Below are positions 11,801 through 24,104 of a stretch of DNA of 62,602 bases, piece after piece. The notes beneath the pieces were generated by a model. The model was given only the letters and a program-made list of their open reading frames with translations. It was not told the origin of the DNA and made no database searches. The position numbers and the translations under genes are program-made. Source of the stretch: Thelocarpon superellum (Eukaryota). The first letter of the stretch is position 1, and every line of letters starts with the position of its first letter. The stretch lies in contig JAPEUG010000061.1 in NCBI GenBank assembly GCA_026025795.1, forward strand, positions 1 to 62,602, given 5' to 3'.

Positions 11801-13642
11801 TCACAATTCATCCTTGACTCCCTTCGCGGGGGTACTGCTCTCCGCAGCCGGGCCACAAACAGCCGGACTCCCGCCCTCGAAGCGATAGACGCACTTCTCA
11901 GCCTCGACGACCTTCCAGATCTCATTATGCTCGGCGCAGGCCAGCACGAGCAACGTGCTGCGCGCCGGCCCGTTCCAGCACGTCTGCCCGTTCTCGTACT
12001 GCAGCGCCGTGCGCTCGCCGCTGCCCAGGCCCTTGCCGTCCGCGGGCACGTCGGCGTCGTCGACGTGCGCGCGCGTGAAGGCGGTGAATCGGCCGAGCGA
12101 CGTGCTCGCGCCCCCCTTCTTCGCCTTCTGCGTCGCCCCCGAGAGGAAACACAGCTCGTAGATGTATTCCCCGCTGTCCCGCTCGATGCAGGTGTCTTTG
12201 AGCGCGCGGAAGACGTCGTCCGGCCCAAAGTCCTTGGTCAGCTCCGCTCGGTGCCTTTCTACCTCGCTCGCCAGGTGCCGTGCGTCGTCCTCCGCGCTCG
12301 TCAGCGCCGTGCGTGCCGTCGCGACTAGCGGGGACTCGGATCCTGTTCCGGCCCCGTCGGCGATGATTCCTTGGCTGATCAGGAATATTCGCAGGTCTCG
12401 CAATTTCTGGTCCAGCCAGTCGCGCGCGGGCTGCGGGAGGTAGGCTTCGAACTGGTAAACTGGAGGATAAGATATGTTAGGGTGGAAGTGGAAGTGGAAG
12501 TGGGAGTGTGGATGGGGAAAGGGTGAGAGGTGACTTACGGACATCCACGTCGCTTTCTTCTTCGCCTTCGAAATCGGCCCATTTGATCCCGCCCTCGACT
12601 TGGCTGTCATCTTTGCTGATCTCGTCCAGGTCGGCATCTGTCAGCGCTTCTTCTTCCGTCGTTGCTGTGTCCCGCTTCACTGCGTATTCCTCCCAGCTTC
12701 GTACCGCCCGCTTGACGCCCTCGTCGTTGAAGTTTGGGTTGTACTCTTCTTTGAACGTCGTCAGGATTCCCTCCAGCTGTCGGATCGTCGCGAGTGATGC
12801 GTCCCGTTGGTGCCGGGTGACGATCAAAGCTCCGCGCAGCTCTTCGATGCGTTCCTTGGCCAGCCCCGCCAGCACGTTCACCTTCTTGGTCTTGCCCGAG
12901 CTCCGCACCACCTTCCCGCGCTCACTGATTTCAGTCTCTTGTAGCTCCACCTCAAGCTGGGCCACCTTCTTCTCCGCTGCCTCCATCTCCGTGACGAGAG
13001 TGGTGATTCGATCTTCCACTTCCTTCTTGAGTCGCGCAGACTCCACAACCAGCTCCTTTCGCTTCTTGCCTGCCGCGGCTTGCGCTCGTTGACGCTGATC
13101 GTCCAGCTTCCTCCATTCCTTTCCGATCTCCTTGCATTTGTCCTCGCATCTAACTCCGCCAACTCCTGCCCATTCGTCGGACCCGTCGCAGCACAGATCG
13201 TGGTCGCATACTCCGTCGTTGACATGCGTAAACGGCACGTAGCTTGATCGATGGCCCTTGTTCTTGCAATAGAATCCCGGCAAGGCTAATGTAGAATTGA
13301 CACCATCAATCATCGTCGAGTAGGGCGATGGTGGGGAGAGGGGAGAGAGAAAGGCGCAGGCCGCCGTGCCCGGCTCATCCGACCCATCGGGACAGTCGCA
13401 GTAATCATCGTTGACCCTGGAAAGCTCCAACTGCACCGACGGATTCGAGATGCATGTGAAGGTGTCGGAAGATTTGTAGAACTTCGAGACTGTTCCCGAT
13501 TAACCAGTGTTCACACTCATAGCTCTCGGTTCTCGTGGCACCTACACTCCGGACCCACGCCTCGTGGCCGCGGCAAGTCAGCAGCCACGATGGGGGAGGC
13601 AAAGGTGGACCCCAGGAAAAACCATGCTTCGACGTGCCTCAT
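11801..13642 (-). CDS. GTB1: glucosidase II beta subunit (PRKCSH/Gtb1), 3 exons
   Basis: Signal peptide, then PRPRGVGPE|FSKFY, VNDDYCDCPDGSDEPGTAAC, coiled coil, MRH domain (YENGQTCWNGPARST) and C-terminal KDEL. Introns at 13545-13490 and 12538-12460. Confidence 0.93.
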
Positions 13643-14562
13643 GGTCGACAAGATGATTGCCGTTGCACACGAGCACAGCAATTGAGCGAGAGTAATCCCC
13701 GGACGTGATCGATGTCGAGCTGCGCCGCGATTCTTGACAGCAAGACATCTAGACGGAGACGGCTTCCTCCGTGGGGGCAAGGCTGTTGTATCACGCTAAT
13801 GCAGGTGCACACCAACGGGATATTCCGCCCACGGTTGGGAGCCCCTCCGGCAAGTGGAGCTCCGCGCGAAGAGCCACTCATCTGTCGTTTATTCCATACA
13901 GGCTTCTTACGCTCGAGAGGCCTCCACCAGCATGATGTGCCCAGCTCGTCTGCGAGATCGGGAGTCATTCTATGGGTCATGGACCTGGCCGAGGCGATGA
14001 CCTCTACCGGCACATGATCTCATCGCGACAGCATCAGCACCGTGGCCAGAACACGGAAGCGAAAGCGAAAGCGAAAGGCTTGAGGGATGTCGATCAGCAA
14101 GAATTTCAGAATTGCACCTCGCGGAGAACCATGTCTTCGACGACGGGTCCGAGCATCACGTGCTTCGACTCAAGCCAACGAATAAGCAGGAACGGATCTC
14201 TGGACTAGGCACATGGCAGATACGAAGCAGTGGACCATGGAGGTATCGCAGATGACTATCGTTGCCCTCCATCGTACCCACACACGTAGGCGTCTTTGCA
14301 CTCGCTGATGGCCCGACTCCGTGCCTCGGGTGCTTCTCGTGAGACACAGAGTCTCCCGGAGGAGAACGCCATGCCGTATGCCCATTATGCCTATAACGTT
14401 TGATGCCTGGTTCATTGGTGCCAGGGAACGACACAGACTACGGGGCATGTAACGTGAACTGGAGTTTGCATGTGGTCTTTCATGCCAGTCATGACCAAGA
14501 ACAAATGCCTTCAACTCCAGCCCTGATCTTCGATGGGTGCAATCCAGAGTCCAGGGCAGACA

Positions 14563-15725
14563 TCACCTCCTTGCACCAGCAGGGATGGTGAAACCCCGGT
14601 TCATAAAGTCCCCATTCCCGCTCTTGCCAGATCCTGACACCGCTGCTCCGTTGGAGCCATTGGAGAACAAGCCCTTCAAGTTCCGGTTCATCCCCAGCTT
14701 CTGTCGCTTCTTGCGCTCTTCTTCATCTTGTAAGACTTTAGCAGTCAGCGATGCGGTCGCAGCGTTCTTGATTCCGCCGGTGGTGCTTGTGGGTGTGCTG
14801 TTAGCTATGGCCGCGACCAGACGCGCATCACTCTGCTTCTCTCCCGTAGAGAGCGTCGCGGCCGGATCGGCATCCACGGCGGCGGTAGCCGCTTCGGCGT
14901 GCTTCTTCCGCTTCTTGCTGGATCCTTGCGCTTTCTTCAATGAATGCGTGAGCCCTTGTTCTTTGAGCTTTTGGGCCCTACTGGCGAGAAAATCGAGATC
15001 GGATGGGGTGACGGGGAGAATGGGAATGATGTTGTCGGCGGTGTAAGAGGCATCGCACTGCGGAGCAGAATGACGAGTCAGCACTCACGTTCGAACGGAG
15101 GGCGATGTAATCGACATCGGTCATCCATACCTGAAGACAAGTGTCACCCGAGATCTCCCTGATGGCCGACTCGGAAAAGACATGTCCGCACGGAACCAGG
15201 TAGACCGCCTTTACTGCTGGACCGAGCCGTTTGCGCGTCACGGGGCAGACCCATCTCTCGACCTTCCTGATGCCATTACTGAGCACGCCCTTCTCCTCCC
15301 GACGATCCGCCACCACCTCTTCCTCCTCCATCTCGCATTCGAAGCGCACCTCCACCACGTCCTTCAGGCTTTTCACGCGCCCCGCGAGCACTTCTTCTGC
15401 ATCGACCTTGCTCATGCCGGCGCGATGATCATCACCCTCGTCCCCCGGAAGCAACAACTCCAGCACCGCGTCCTTGTTGTAGAGCTTCCCGGACGCATCA
15501 GATACCACGGGTCGTTGCAGCGGTCGGTGCGACAAGGGACAATGCTTCCAGCTCCATCCGAGCTTTTCTTGTTGCGTCTCCTTCACCGTCGCGCCGTTGG
15601 GGTTCCGTGCGGCTTCTTTGACCAGCTCGCGCCGCGTGGGGATGCTGCAGTCCGTGGCACGTCAGCAGATGTGGGCCATGGTGGGGCCGGCGTAGTAAGA
15701 TCTACCTTCCTCCGTCATTACCCAT
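14563..15725 (-). CDS. RTF2: replication termination factor 2 (Rtf2) RING-like protein, 3 exons
   Basis: Spliced start MGNDGG|SIPTRRELVK; motifs CPLS, GKLYNKDAVLE, CPVT, PCGHVF, CLQ|C. Introns at 15705-15645 and 15130-15058. Confidence 0.9.
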
Positions 15726-16577
15726 GCTTCTTTCCTTCCTGGGCGACTTGACACGTCCGTCGTGGCGAAGTGATGAGGGCGAGGACGAAATCATCGCTCA
15801 GCTATCACTTCGAGGCGTGATTACGGTACACCGTAGCGAGCAAGTTGGCACCACATGTCTTCTCACCACGCATTCTCTTCCGCCTCATTACGCCACCCAT
15901 CTCCTCTAATACTCGTGCAGATCTCCTCTCCACAAGTGCGCATAAAGCGTTCTTATGATGAGAAAGATGGGTCGCACACATGCACAGCTGATGGAATAGA
16001 GCAAGTGTGGCAAGGCGACGCCTTTGCAGCGAGAAGAAGCGTGGCACGCTCCGCAGGAGGTCTCCTTCAGTCTCCTGTGGAGGTCAAGCCATCGTTCGCG
16101 CCTCGTAATTGTCTGCGCCGTCATGGATTGAAGGTACCGAGCGTCGCTTGAGGCGTAAAAGCCGAGCGTTCCTAAGTCGATCAGCAGGAATGCCAAAGTC
16201 AACTCGCCGTCATGTATTCATCATCAGCGTCATGAGACACGGCGGACAGCATTCAAGCCATATCCAATCAGCATATTCATCCCTGCCCGACGATTGTCCT
16301 CACTGCACGGAATCATCGCAAAAAGGTGGTATCTGGGAGAGGGATGATAGCGGGGTGTGAACATTGTGGTTCCGCGGAACCGAGAGGCACAGGAATATGG
16401 ACGGGGCAGCTACACCCCCAACGGGTGTGAATCTCATTCGACATGACCAAACGCACGCTCCAATGCCCTTCAGCGGACCCCGGAAATGGCGGTCTTTGAT
16501 CCCGTCATCTCGTCACTGCGATGGTGGCGGCCGGAATGGCGATCGTCCTGCCGGTTATCACGTCCCGCCAAGGACGC

Positions 16578-18892
16578 CTATGGCCGTCGATTCCGCCCGC
16601 GTGGCACAGGGGGCGGCCGAGCGACATAAATATCATGCAGGCGAGAGCGCTGCTCGTCAAAAGCCGCGTAGTTGCCGGCTAAGATGCAACCCAAGAGACT
16701 CTGTCCTCGTCGGGCGGGGAGGTCGGCATGTCGGAGCTGATCCATGCGTTGCGTGAGCCGGTCATACGCCTGGCTAAACAGGTTCAGGATCAGCAAGATC
16801 TGGCCCGATCCGCCCGAGATGTCATTCTGCTCCTTGTTGGGATCGGCAATGGAGAGACGATGCTCATTGCCGGCGCGATAGGGCAGATTGAGAGGATTGA
16901 GGCGCTGCCACCTCCACGTTAGTCGGCGAACCCATACGACCACGCCGGCGCTCGACACACCTTTTCAAAGTAGCCTGGGGGATCGAGGCAGATGCCCACA
17001 CGTTTCGTGTCGAATTTTTTCCCGTACAGTACCAGGAACTCCATCAAGATCTCGCCGAGATTGCGCGAGGGATCCAGCGTGCCCGCCTGCACCTGTGGCA
17101 TCAGCTGAAGCAAACTCGTCACCAGACAGGTCACGGTAAAGCCTCCAACGCCCCCCCCTGAAACCTCATTAAGGTCCCTCATCATCAAGAACTGCTTGAT
17201 CAATGTCACCAACATGGGCATCGCGGGATATTGCGACTTCCACAGGTGAAAGGTATCCTTGGCGACGACGCCTGTCTTGCTGTCAAAGGACAAGTCCACC
17301 TTCAGCCCGGTGACCACGTCGACAAACTTCACCAGCGGTACGCGGGCTTTGGCGATCACCACGGTTTGGGTCGGGTCGGCGATGCCTTGGTGGATGAGAA
17401 GCGCCTTGACCGCGTGGTAGAATCTTGATCCTTGAATAAAAGGCTTGCCAGATCGGGCGAATTCCTTGGACCACAGCACCACATCCATGTCGGCGTTGGG
17501 TAAGTAGAGGCCCGCAGCGAATGAGCCAAAAGAATGGAGCTCAGAGCCGTGATACTTGCCGTTGAACGCACGTTGCATCCGATCCAGCAATTGCGATCGA
17601 ATCGTCTGCTCAAAGGCTTTGGGCTTCACGAAGTCGTAAAAATCGCAGATCTCTTGGTGGAGCCTATGTGCTCCATCAGTATATGATCATGATGGCAGGG
17701 AAGGAGCTCGATGGCTATACCACTGGCCCATGTTGCGAGTCGCCGAGTGATCCTCTATCGCCCACGGGGTCGGATTCGCTCTAGGTGAGGGTTTCCAGCT
17801 TGGTACGACCTTGCCGGTCAGACTGTCAGCCTTTCCGCCCCTATCACCCTTATTCTTGGGCGGTACGCCTGTCGTGGTTGGTTTGAGGTTGTCGTTGTGC
17901 GTGCGCTTCCGACTTCCCAGTGCATCGCCCACCGTTGGGGGCGGCCAGGCGTCCGTGGCTCGGGGTGGAGGCACACGAGGCGCTGGGGAGCGAGGGCGAG
18001 AGGGACTACTATTTTCCTGACGGTCGAAGGCCCGGGTGTTAGGTCCCGTAGGCACGACAGACGTGCCGTTCCCGATGCCATTTTCAGGCGTGTCGCCTTT
18101 GCTCTGGCTCTCGTCATCCTCCAGGTCAAAGGAGATGAAATCGGCGTTGGCAGCGACGGGGTTTTCCGAGGGAGCGTCAGTTTTGCTCTCGACGCGTGCT
18201 TTCCGGATAATCTTGATGACGTCCTTCCTCTTTCGTTGGCTTTGTTCCAGCGGCGGCAAGGCGGTGTAGGGATCTGGATTCGACCACTTCGGTGGCTCTT
18301 CCGAGCCGGCTGGACCGACGGCAGAATCTGTCCGCGACTGCATCTGCTTCTTGCGTGGCGGACCTTCACCGGCCTCGACGTCGTCACGCACGACGGACGG
18401 CGGGTTGGATAGGCCATCGACAGAATCGACCTCCATCTCCTGCTCGTCGCTGTCGGAGACATCATCGGCGGGGATGAAGCGCTTGCTCTGGGTAGCATCT
18501 GCATTCATGCCTGCCAGCTGCTCCGGCGTGGTCTCACGATTCGCCCGCAAGAGCGGGCGATCCGAGGGCGCCGTTGTGCGGTTACCTCGACCGCGGGGAC
18601 GGTACGAATCTCGGTCGGGTCGCGTTGACCCATTCGAGCCACGAGCCTCGAACGCCGGTCGACGGGGAAGTTCGTAGTACTCTTTCCGTTGCTCTGGGAA
18701 GCGTGGGCCCGTGGGGAGGCCCGATTGAAAGGAGAAATCGTTCCGACGGTCAAGGTCGCGCCGGGACGAAGATGGGGAGTAGTGGTCGCCTTGAAAGCCG
18801 TACATGGGTGGCGGGCGAGAGTAAGGCGGGGAGGGAGGCCGACGGTCACGGAGCTCCCTCCTCCGGCCTCTCCCGCCGCGACTCTCCATCAT
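16578..18892 (-). CDS. TRF4: non-canonical poly(A) polymerase, TRAMP subunit (Trf4/Pap2/Cid14 family), 3 exons
   Basis: W|LHQEICDFYDFVKP, FGSFAAGLYLPNADMDVV, AKARVPLVKF, RDLNEVSGGGVGGF, LSIADPNKEQNDISGGS. Introns at 17720-17664 and 16960-16905. Start ATG uncertain. Confidence 0.88.
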
Positions 18893-19182
18893 GCGCCGTT
18901 TATGGGAAAACACTTGGGGTGGCTTCGACCATGGGCGCGCGTGAATCTGGATTCGTTCCTGTGCGCGATGGTGGGAGACAAAGAGCTATGGCTGCAATTT
19001 GTGGCGCGCATCACGTGAGCGCGTTGGCTTCAGAACGACCCGTTTCAACGATTTAGGGTGCGAACTAATTGGAAGAATGAGCACTGGAGCAATACCACTC
19101 TGGCACGACAAGAAAATTCTCTAATTTGGTGGTAGGGGGACATGTGACCACGTCGTATGGCTAGTATTCGTGCGGCCGCTTA

Positions 19183-19222
19183 ACGGCTTGACGGCCTGAC
19201 GGCTTGACGGCCTGACGGCTTT
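19183..19222. repeat. five tandem 8-bp units ACGGC(T/C)TG in the TRF4/metallothionein divergent promoter
   Basis: acggcttg acggcctg acggcttg acggcctg acggcttt read directly. Confidence 0.85.
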
Positions 19223-19462
19223 TTTGGTCAAGGGTGGCAGCGATGCGGTGCGACGAGGAGACTCGACGCCTTGGTCGACCGTCGATGCCGGAGTGATCTG
19301 CAGGTGCAGGGTCCTGGCTCGGCACCGCGAACCTTATGCTGAGGCGGACGACGCATGCCCCGGTGGATCGCCGCCCGACCAGACCAAGCAACCGCGGGTT
19401 AGCGTCACCCAGATGTCTTGCGCAGTGGGGCAACCCACTGGTATGCGGCTGGGACGAGGGTC

Positions 19463-19469
19463 TATAAAA
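19463..19469 (+). promoter_or_regulatory. TATA box of metallothionein gene 1
   Basis: TATAAAA about 140 nt upstream of ATG 19608, followed by a CT-rich leader. Confidence 0.6.
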
Positions 19470-19607
19470 CCCCACTGCGACCCCCTGGAGAGACTAGTAA
19501 GCCGACACCGCTCTTCTCAGCCATTCACATATTTGCCCCACCATTCACCTTCCATCATATCTCGACTCGCTTCCAGCGCTTCCTCTAAAACCGTCTCTAT
19601 CAGAAAT

Positions 19608-19742
19608 ATGAAGGGTGGTTGTAGCTGCGGTGCCTCCTGCAGCTGCGGCTCAAGCTGTACCTGCTCCTCTGGTGGAGTACGGTCTTCTCTCGTCCGATCC
19701 GGTTCAACGTCCTCGTTGCTGATCGGGATACAGTCCAAATAA
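19608..19742 (+). CDS. metallothionein 1, Neurospora Cu-MT-like, 25 aa (MKGGCSCGASCSCGSSCTCSSGGSK)
   Basis: Three CxC pairs. Exon 1 19608-19676, intron 19677-19733 (GTACGG…GCTGAT…CAG), exon 2 TCC AAA TAA. The C-terminal GSK matches N. crassa copper metallothionein as I recall it. Confidence 0.8.
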   Translation: MKGGCSCGASCSCGSSCTCSSGGVRSSLVRSGSTSSLLIGIQSK

Positions 19743-21196
19743 CCGTCGTCTCCGCCGTCGCGACCATATTCCCTCATGGAAGCCTGAGAACGACTGGAGG
19801 GAAACGGTTGGATAGGCGGCAGAGGAGGATCAGTCGTTGATCCGGGCGACGGTACCTGTCTACTTGTACACATTCAAGCTCGCTGTAATAGCCTTCCGCC
19901 AATGCACTTCCCCGTTCCCGTACATTCCCCGGATGCATACTGCCATACCTCAACGATGCGACAGGGTATAGCTCAGAACCTGACATGGCGACGTCGCCAT
20001 CCACGGCTGCAGCGGCAAGGCCCTGCAATCTGGGGGGTAAGGAGGCAAGGATGTCGTACGAGTGCAAAGGTCGCTCCATAATGACAATCGTCGAGGAGGC
20101 CTCCCTACGGTGACCACAAAGACCATGTCAAGGGTCCAATAGAGCGCAAAGAAACTTCGATAAGAGACTAGAGCATCGCCGCGAGTCGAGATCGGTCGCG
20201 ACGGTAGTGACACGGCAGTTACGAGCCGAGAATATTCAATCCCAGCGTGTCGCCTGGAACTTTCCCCATCCCCTGGGCTCAACAAAGGTGGCACGTGGTG
20301 ATTGTTGAAATAGATCGAGAGGCAGATAAGCACCTACGAAGAGACAGGGCTGAGCTTTGACTCGATAGTGGCCAAGGGAGGGGTCACCTGCCATGTGGGG
20401 ATAACGGAAGCCACCGTCTTAGTCCTGCAACCACGACGGTATCTTGCTAGGAGTGGAGGAGAAAAGTGAGATCCGCGAGCGAGAGCATTCACATAGTCCT
20501 TTCATGTACAGATGCCACCCACGTTCCCGAGCGACACACATCGTGTAGTGTTACTGGTGCGAAAGGATGGCTATCGCGGAGGATCTTCCGTTGGATCATC
20601 CGACCTCCGGGTACAAGAAGCTCTCTGACAGGTAGGATGAGATTGGTAGGTCACACTCAGTGGGGCGCCTGGTTTCTCGCACCCTTTCCACCGCTAATTG
20701 GCAGGCGGCTAACTCTATACATATTCGGCATGTCCCAAAGTCCAGGGACCGCGCGATTAACCTCATCAGGGTTTACTCACACCACGTTGACCATGCCTTC
20801 CTCACGACAGATCATCTTTCCGACGACATGATCAGCGATCGTCCACAATGGGCACAACGTGGTCGCACGCTAGGGATGACGAGGGTCCTGACGCTTGCGT
20901 GTGCAGCCGCATTTTCCTTGCAGGCTCCATGAGGTTGAGGGTGCATGTGGTCCTCGGTATGGGGGCAAAGTGCCCCGAACTCTCTCCATTTCTTTAAATC
21001 TGTGGCTCACTGACGTCCATAAATGGCGTCAGTTCGCTCCCTGCTGTCTTCCTGGTACTTCCCCGATCGTGCTATGGGCCTGAGCAGAGCGACTCACCCG
21101 CCAATGCATCTGCACTGCGTTCTTCTTCTGCCCCTCCACAGGCTTCTACCGTGACTTCTCAGGCCATCCTCGAAGTCCCTGGGTGAAAGCCTCCAA

Positions 21197-21919
21197 ATGA
21201 AGCTGTTCGTGTCAATCATTGTGGCCACACTTTGGGCCATGCTCTCGTCGGCGATGCCGACTTTGAACACGCCCGACCCCTTGGCAGTGCAAGAGGGCTA
21301 CGAGCTGGCCTTCTGGCTGAGCTACGCTGGACCGGCCGTCGACTCCATTGGGCCGAGATTGACCCTGCAGGCGGCTAATGGAGGCTTCTGGTATGGGATG
21401 TTTGAGAATCGGAACACCACCGCATTCAGTGTTGGTGCCGATGGTGTCTACCTGGTAAGCTCTGTGGAGGGCATAACGATCTTCCCTCCCGCAGCGCGGG
21501 AGTCATGCTGACGGCGACGATTGCAGGAGAGCCTCAGCATAGCGAAACAGAAAGTCTTCGTCGGTCCGGACTCATCGCTTGCGTACACTGCGCCTGGGCA
21601 GGCCGACCAGGCGGACGGCAAGCCTAGCGATTTCGATTTCACCCTCAGCTGGCCGGTGTCAGGCAAGCAGGACCAGACACTCTATCTGCAGATGGCGTGG
21701 GACCTGATCTTCTCCGTCTGCTCCACCGCGCCCAACCAAGGGCCCTACAAGCTTTACGTGACGCGATGGGGCCAGCCGATGAAACCAGGCTTGCATTGCC
21801 CCGGGATCTCTCCCCCTCGCGCCAACTTGGGCCTCCCGCCCGGATTTGTGGCCCCATTTGAGTACAGCGCGGTGGAAGTTGGCGGGGGGTGGGCAAACGC
21901 GTCCACTTCGCAGTTTTGA
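21197..21919 (+). CDS. small secreted protein, PhiA/IgE-binding cell-wall protein-like (~216 aa, 2 exons)
   Basis: Signal peptide MKLFVSIIVATLWAMLSSA. Intron 21455-21526 (GTAAGC…GCTGAC…CAG) joins the two ORFs in frame. Motifs LQAANGGFW, QKVFVGPDSSLAYT, FSVC…YKLYV. Confidence 0.7.
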
Positions 21920-23575
21920 GCATGGAATCAGTGGGGCAAGCGAGCATTGATTGATCTGGTGACGATAACGGCCTTTCTCACTTGCATCATATTTTCCGAG
22001 GCAGCCATGAATCGTCGTAGCCTGTCTTGTACGGTAGTCTACCCGTTTGCACGACTGAAAGGCTCCACGCAGCATGCTCCCGTTTTCGAAAGTTTGTCTC
22101 TCAGGACATGGCTATCTCGGGTCCTCGGGTCAACCAGGGTCAAGCAGGTGGGGCGAATCCACATGGTCCACATCAACGAAGAGCAGCGAAGGAGAAAGAC
22201 GTCCAACCATAGCTCCCTAGCAGTTGGTCGCCTAACGGGTTAGCAATTCCCAAACAGACGGGAGCAATCACGGGCAGAAGGGAGCTGGAGACGACACCAC
22301 CCCGTACGTTCCCTTGGGTAAGTGTCCGGCATCAAAATGCCGGGTGTAAGCGGCCTGGCTAGGGATTGGGGCGGGCCCCGCCATGATTCTATGGTACGAG
22401 TACTCATGCGTCCCGTACTCCAGTTGTGGCTGGCTAGAGCTCTCGGATAAACTTGCTCACTCGCGATGCAGCGAGGCCTGTCGACACCCTTCGTCCACCA
22501 CACACACCACACACCACCACAGCCTCTGCATGCCTCGGGCTGGGCGCATACGTGGGGTGGCAGTTGTTGTTCTCTGGGCACTTTGCGTGCATTAAAGCTG
22601 CACGTTGTCGGCGTCAGTTGTCCGGGATTAGCTTCAGGTTGATGCCGCTCCCATCACGTACAATGTATCGACGGAGAAATCGATTCGTGTGAATGGCTGG
22701 CTACGTATGCCATCCAAGAGAATAGGGTGGCAACGTGGGGGTGGGTGGGGAGTCGGGTCAGCCGACGCCAGTACCAGTTCCGTCCTGCATGGCCTTTCTT
22801 CTCCTCTCGCTCTATTCGTTCGTTCCCTCCAATCGATCCATCCGGTCGTTTCCACGCTCGTATAGGTGGAGGTGCAGCTCTTTTCGACCTCTCCTGACCA
22901 TCATATCCTGGTACCCGTGCCGCGCGTGCGCTGGACAACGGTCATCCACTCCCTCCCTGCCACTGCCATGGTTATACTTCACATTACATGAGCGGGGATG
23001 CCTTACTGGATCCACGTAAAAAGGCACATGGATGAACGGTTGGGTGATCAATTACGGAACGTCCTCATATCAGCTGATACGTCGAAGTGATTGGAGTCCG
23101 AGAGTGTTGGCGTAATGCAGAATCGACGCGGCATGGCCTGGAAGAAGGTCATGGGCGGGTTCGTTTTCTAGTTCCATCCTAGGGGCCGAGGGGATCGCGT
23201 TCGCCCATTCGACCATACTCTAGGTGGAGTGGCACCGAGATCAAAGGAGGTACCTTTACCTCAGTGAATGCCGTTCACTACCTCCATCAAGCGCATGCTG
23301 AGCTGTTCGAGATGGACCCCTCATCTGTCTCCCGCATTCGCAGGACCGTACCGTATCGTACCGTACGCTGTGTCCTCGGACGTAGGACGGCACATGGCAC
23401 ATAAGAACAAGCGTCCCACCTACGTCGTCCTCTTCTTCTCTCTTCTCCCCTTCCTTTCCTCCAACGCCTTGGGTGGAAAATCACTTGACCCGATCAGCTT
23501 TCAAATCAGATCAACTTGTCCTCAACCCACGCCCCGTTCACCCACTCGACCGCCACCGACCGACACCCAAGCAAC

Positions 23576-23794
23576 ATGTCTCCGTGCAGCTGCTGCTCCC
23601 ATGAGGGTGCTTGTACTTCGTCGAACTGCGGATGTACCTCGTGCAGCCATGTGCGTGCCCCTCTCTTCTCCCCCGCCTTCCTCCCTTCCTTCTCCTCTCG
23701 TCTCCTCTCCCACCTACTCCTCAGTTGCTACCCGTCACCTTCCCCCTCATTCACACGTCCATTCTTAGCACCGCTGACGATGATGGAGCAGTAA
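23576..23794 (+). CDS. metallothionein 2, Aspergillus CmtA-like, 25 aa (MSPCSCCSHEGACTSSNCGCTSCSH)
   Basis: 7 Cys and 2 His in 25 aa, good start context (CAACATG). Intron 23651-23791 (GTGCGT…GCTGAC…CAG); the only coding triplet of exon 2 is the TAA stop. Confidence 0.8.
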   Translation: MSPCSCCSHEGACTSSNCGCTSCSHVRAPLFSPAFLPSFSSRLLSHLLLSCYPSPSPSFTRPFLAPLTMMEQ

Positions 23795-24104
23795 CTACGC
23801 CGTTGTGCCATCCATAGTATGAACGCCATAGTGTGAACGCAGCCAGAGCATTTTCGTCGCCCATGGTATACGTCCAGGCATGCTGAGTGTGTGGTGATGA
23901 GGAGGAGGGGTAGGAGCAGAAGCACAGTGGGGCACATGAGGGCGTCGTGGGAACAGCAAATAGCAACAACACACTCTTTTCGTGGACTCAATCAAGGCAT
24001 GGCTGGGTAATGAGCAGTGTGTGTGATATGTGACGCACGAAGTAAGAAGTACGACTTGATCAAGAGGATATGGTGTGCTGCAGCAGACCGCAAGCAATAA
24101 GCGG

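Noticed and set aside
19224..19607. N-terminal 128 aa of the 172-aa ORF-track call
   Set aside because: It starts at a non-ATG codon and spans the TATA box; only the Cys-rich end from ATG 19608 is credible.
23068..23079. 12-bp palindrome TATCAGCTGATA upstream of metallothionein 2 as an Ace1 site
   Set aside because: It contains GCTG but does not fit HTHNNGCTGD; a single palindrome is insufficient evidence.
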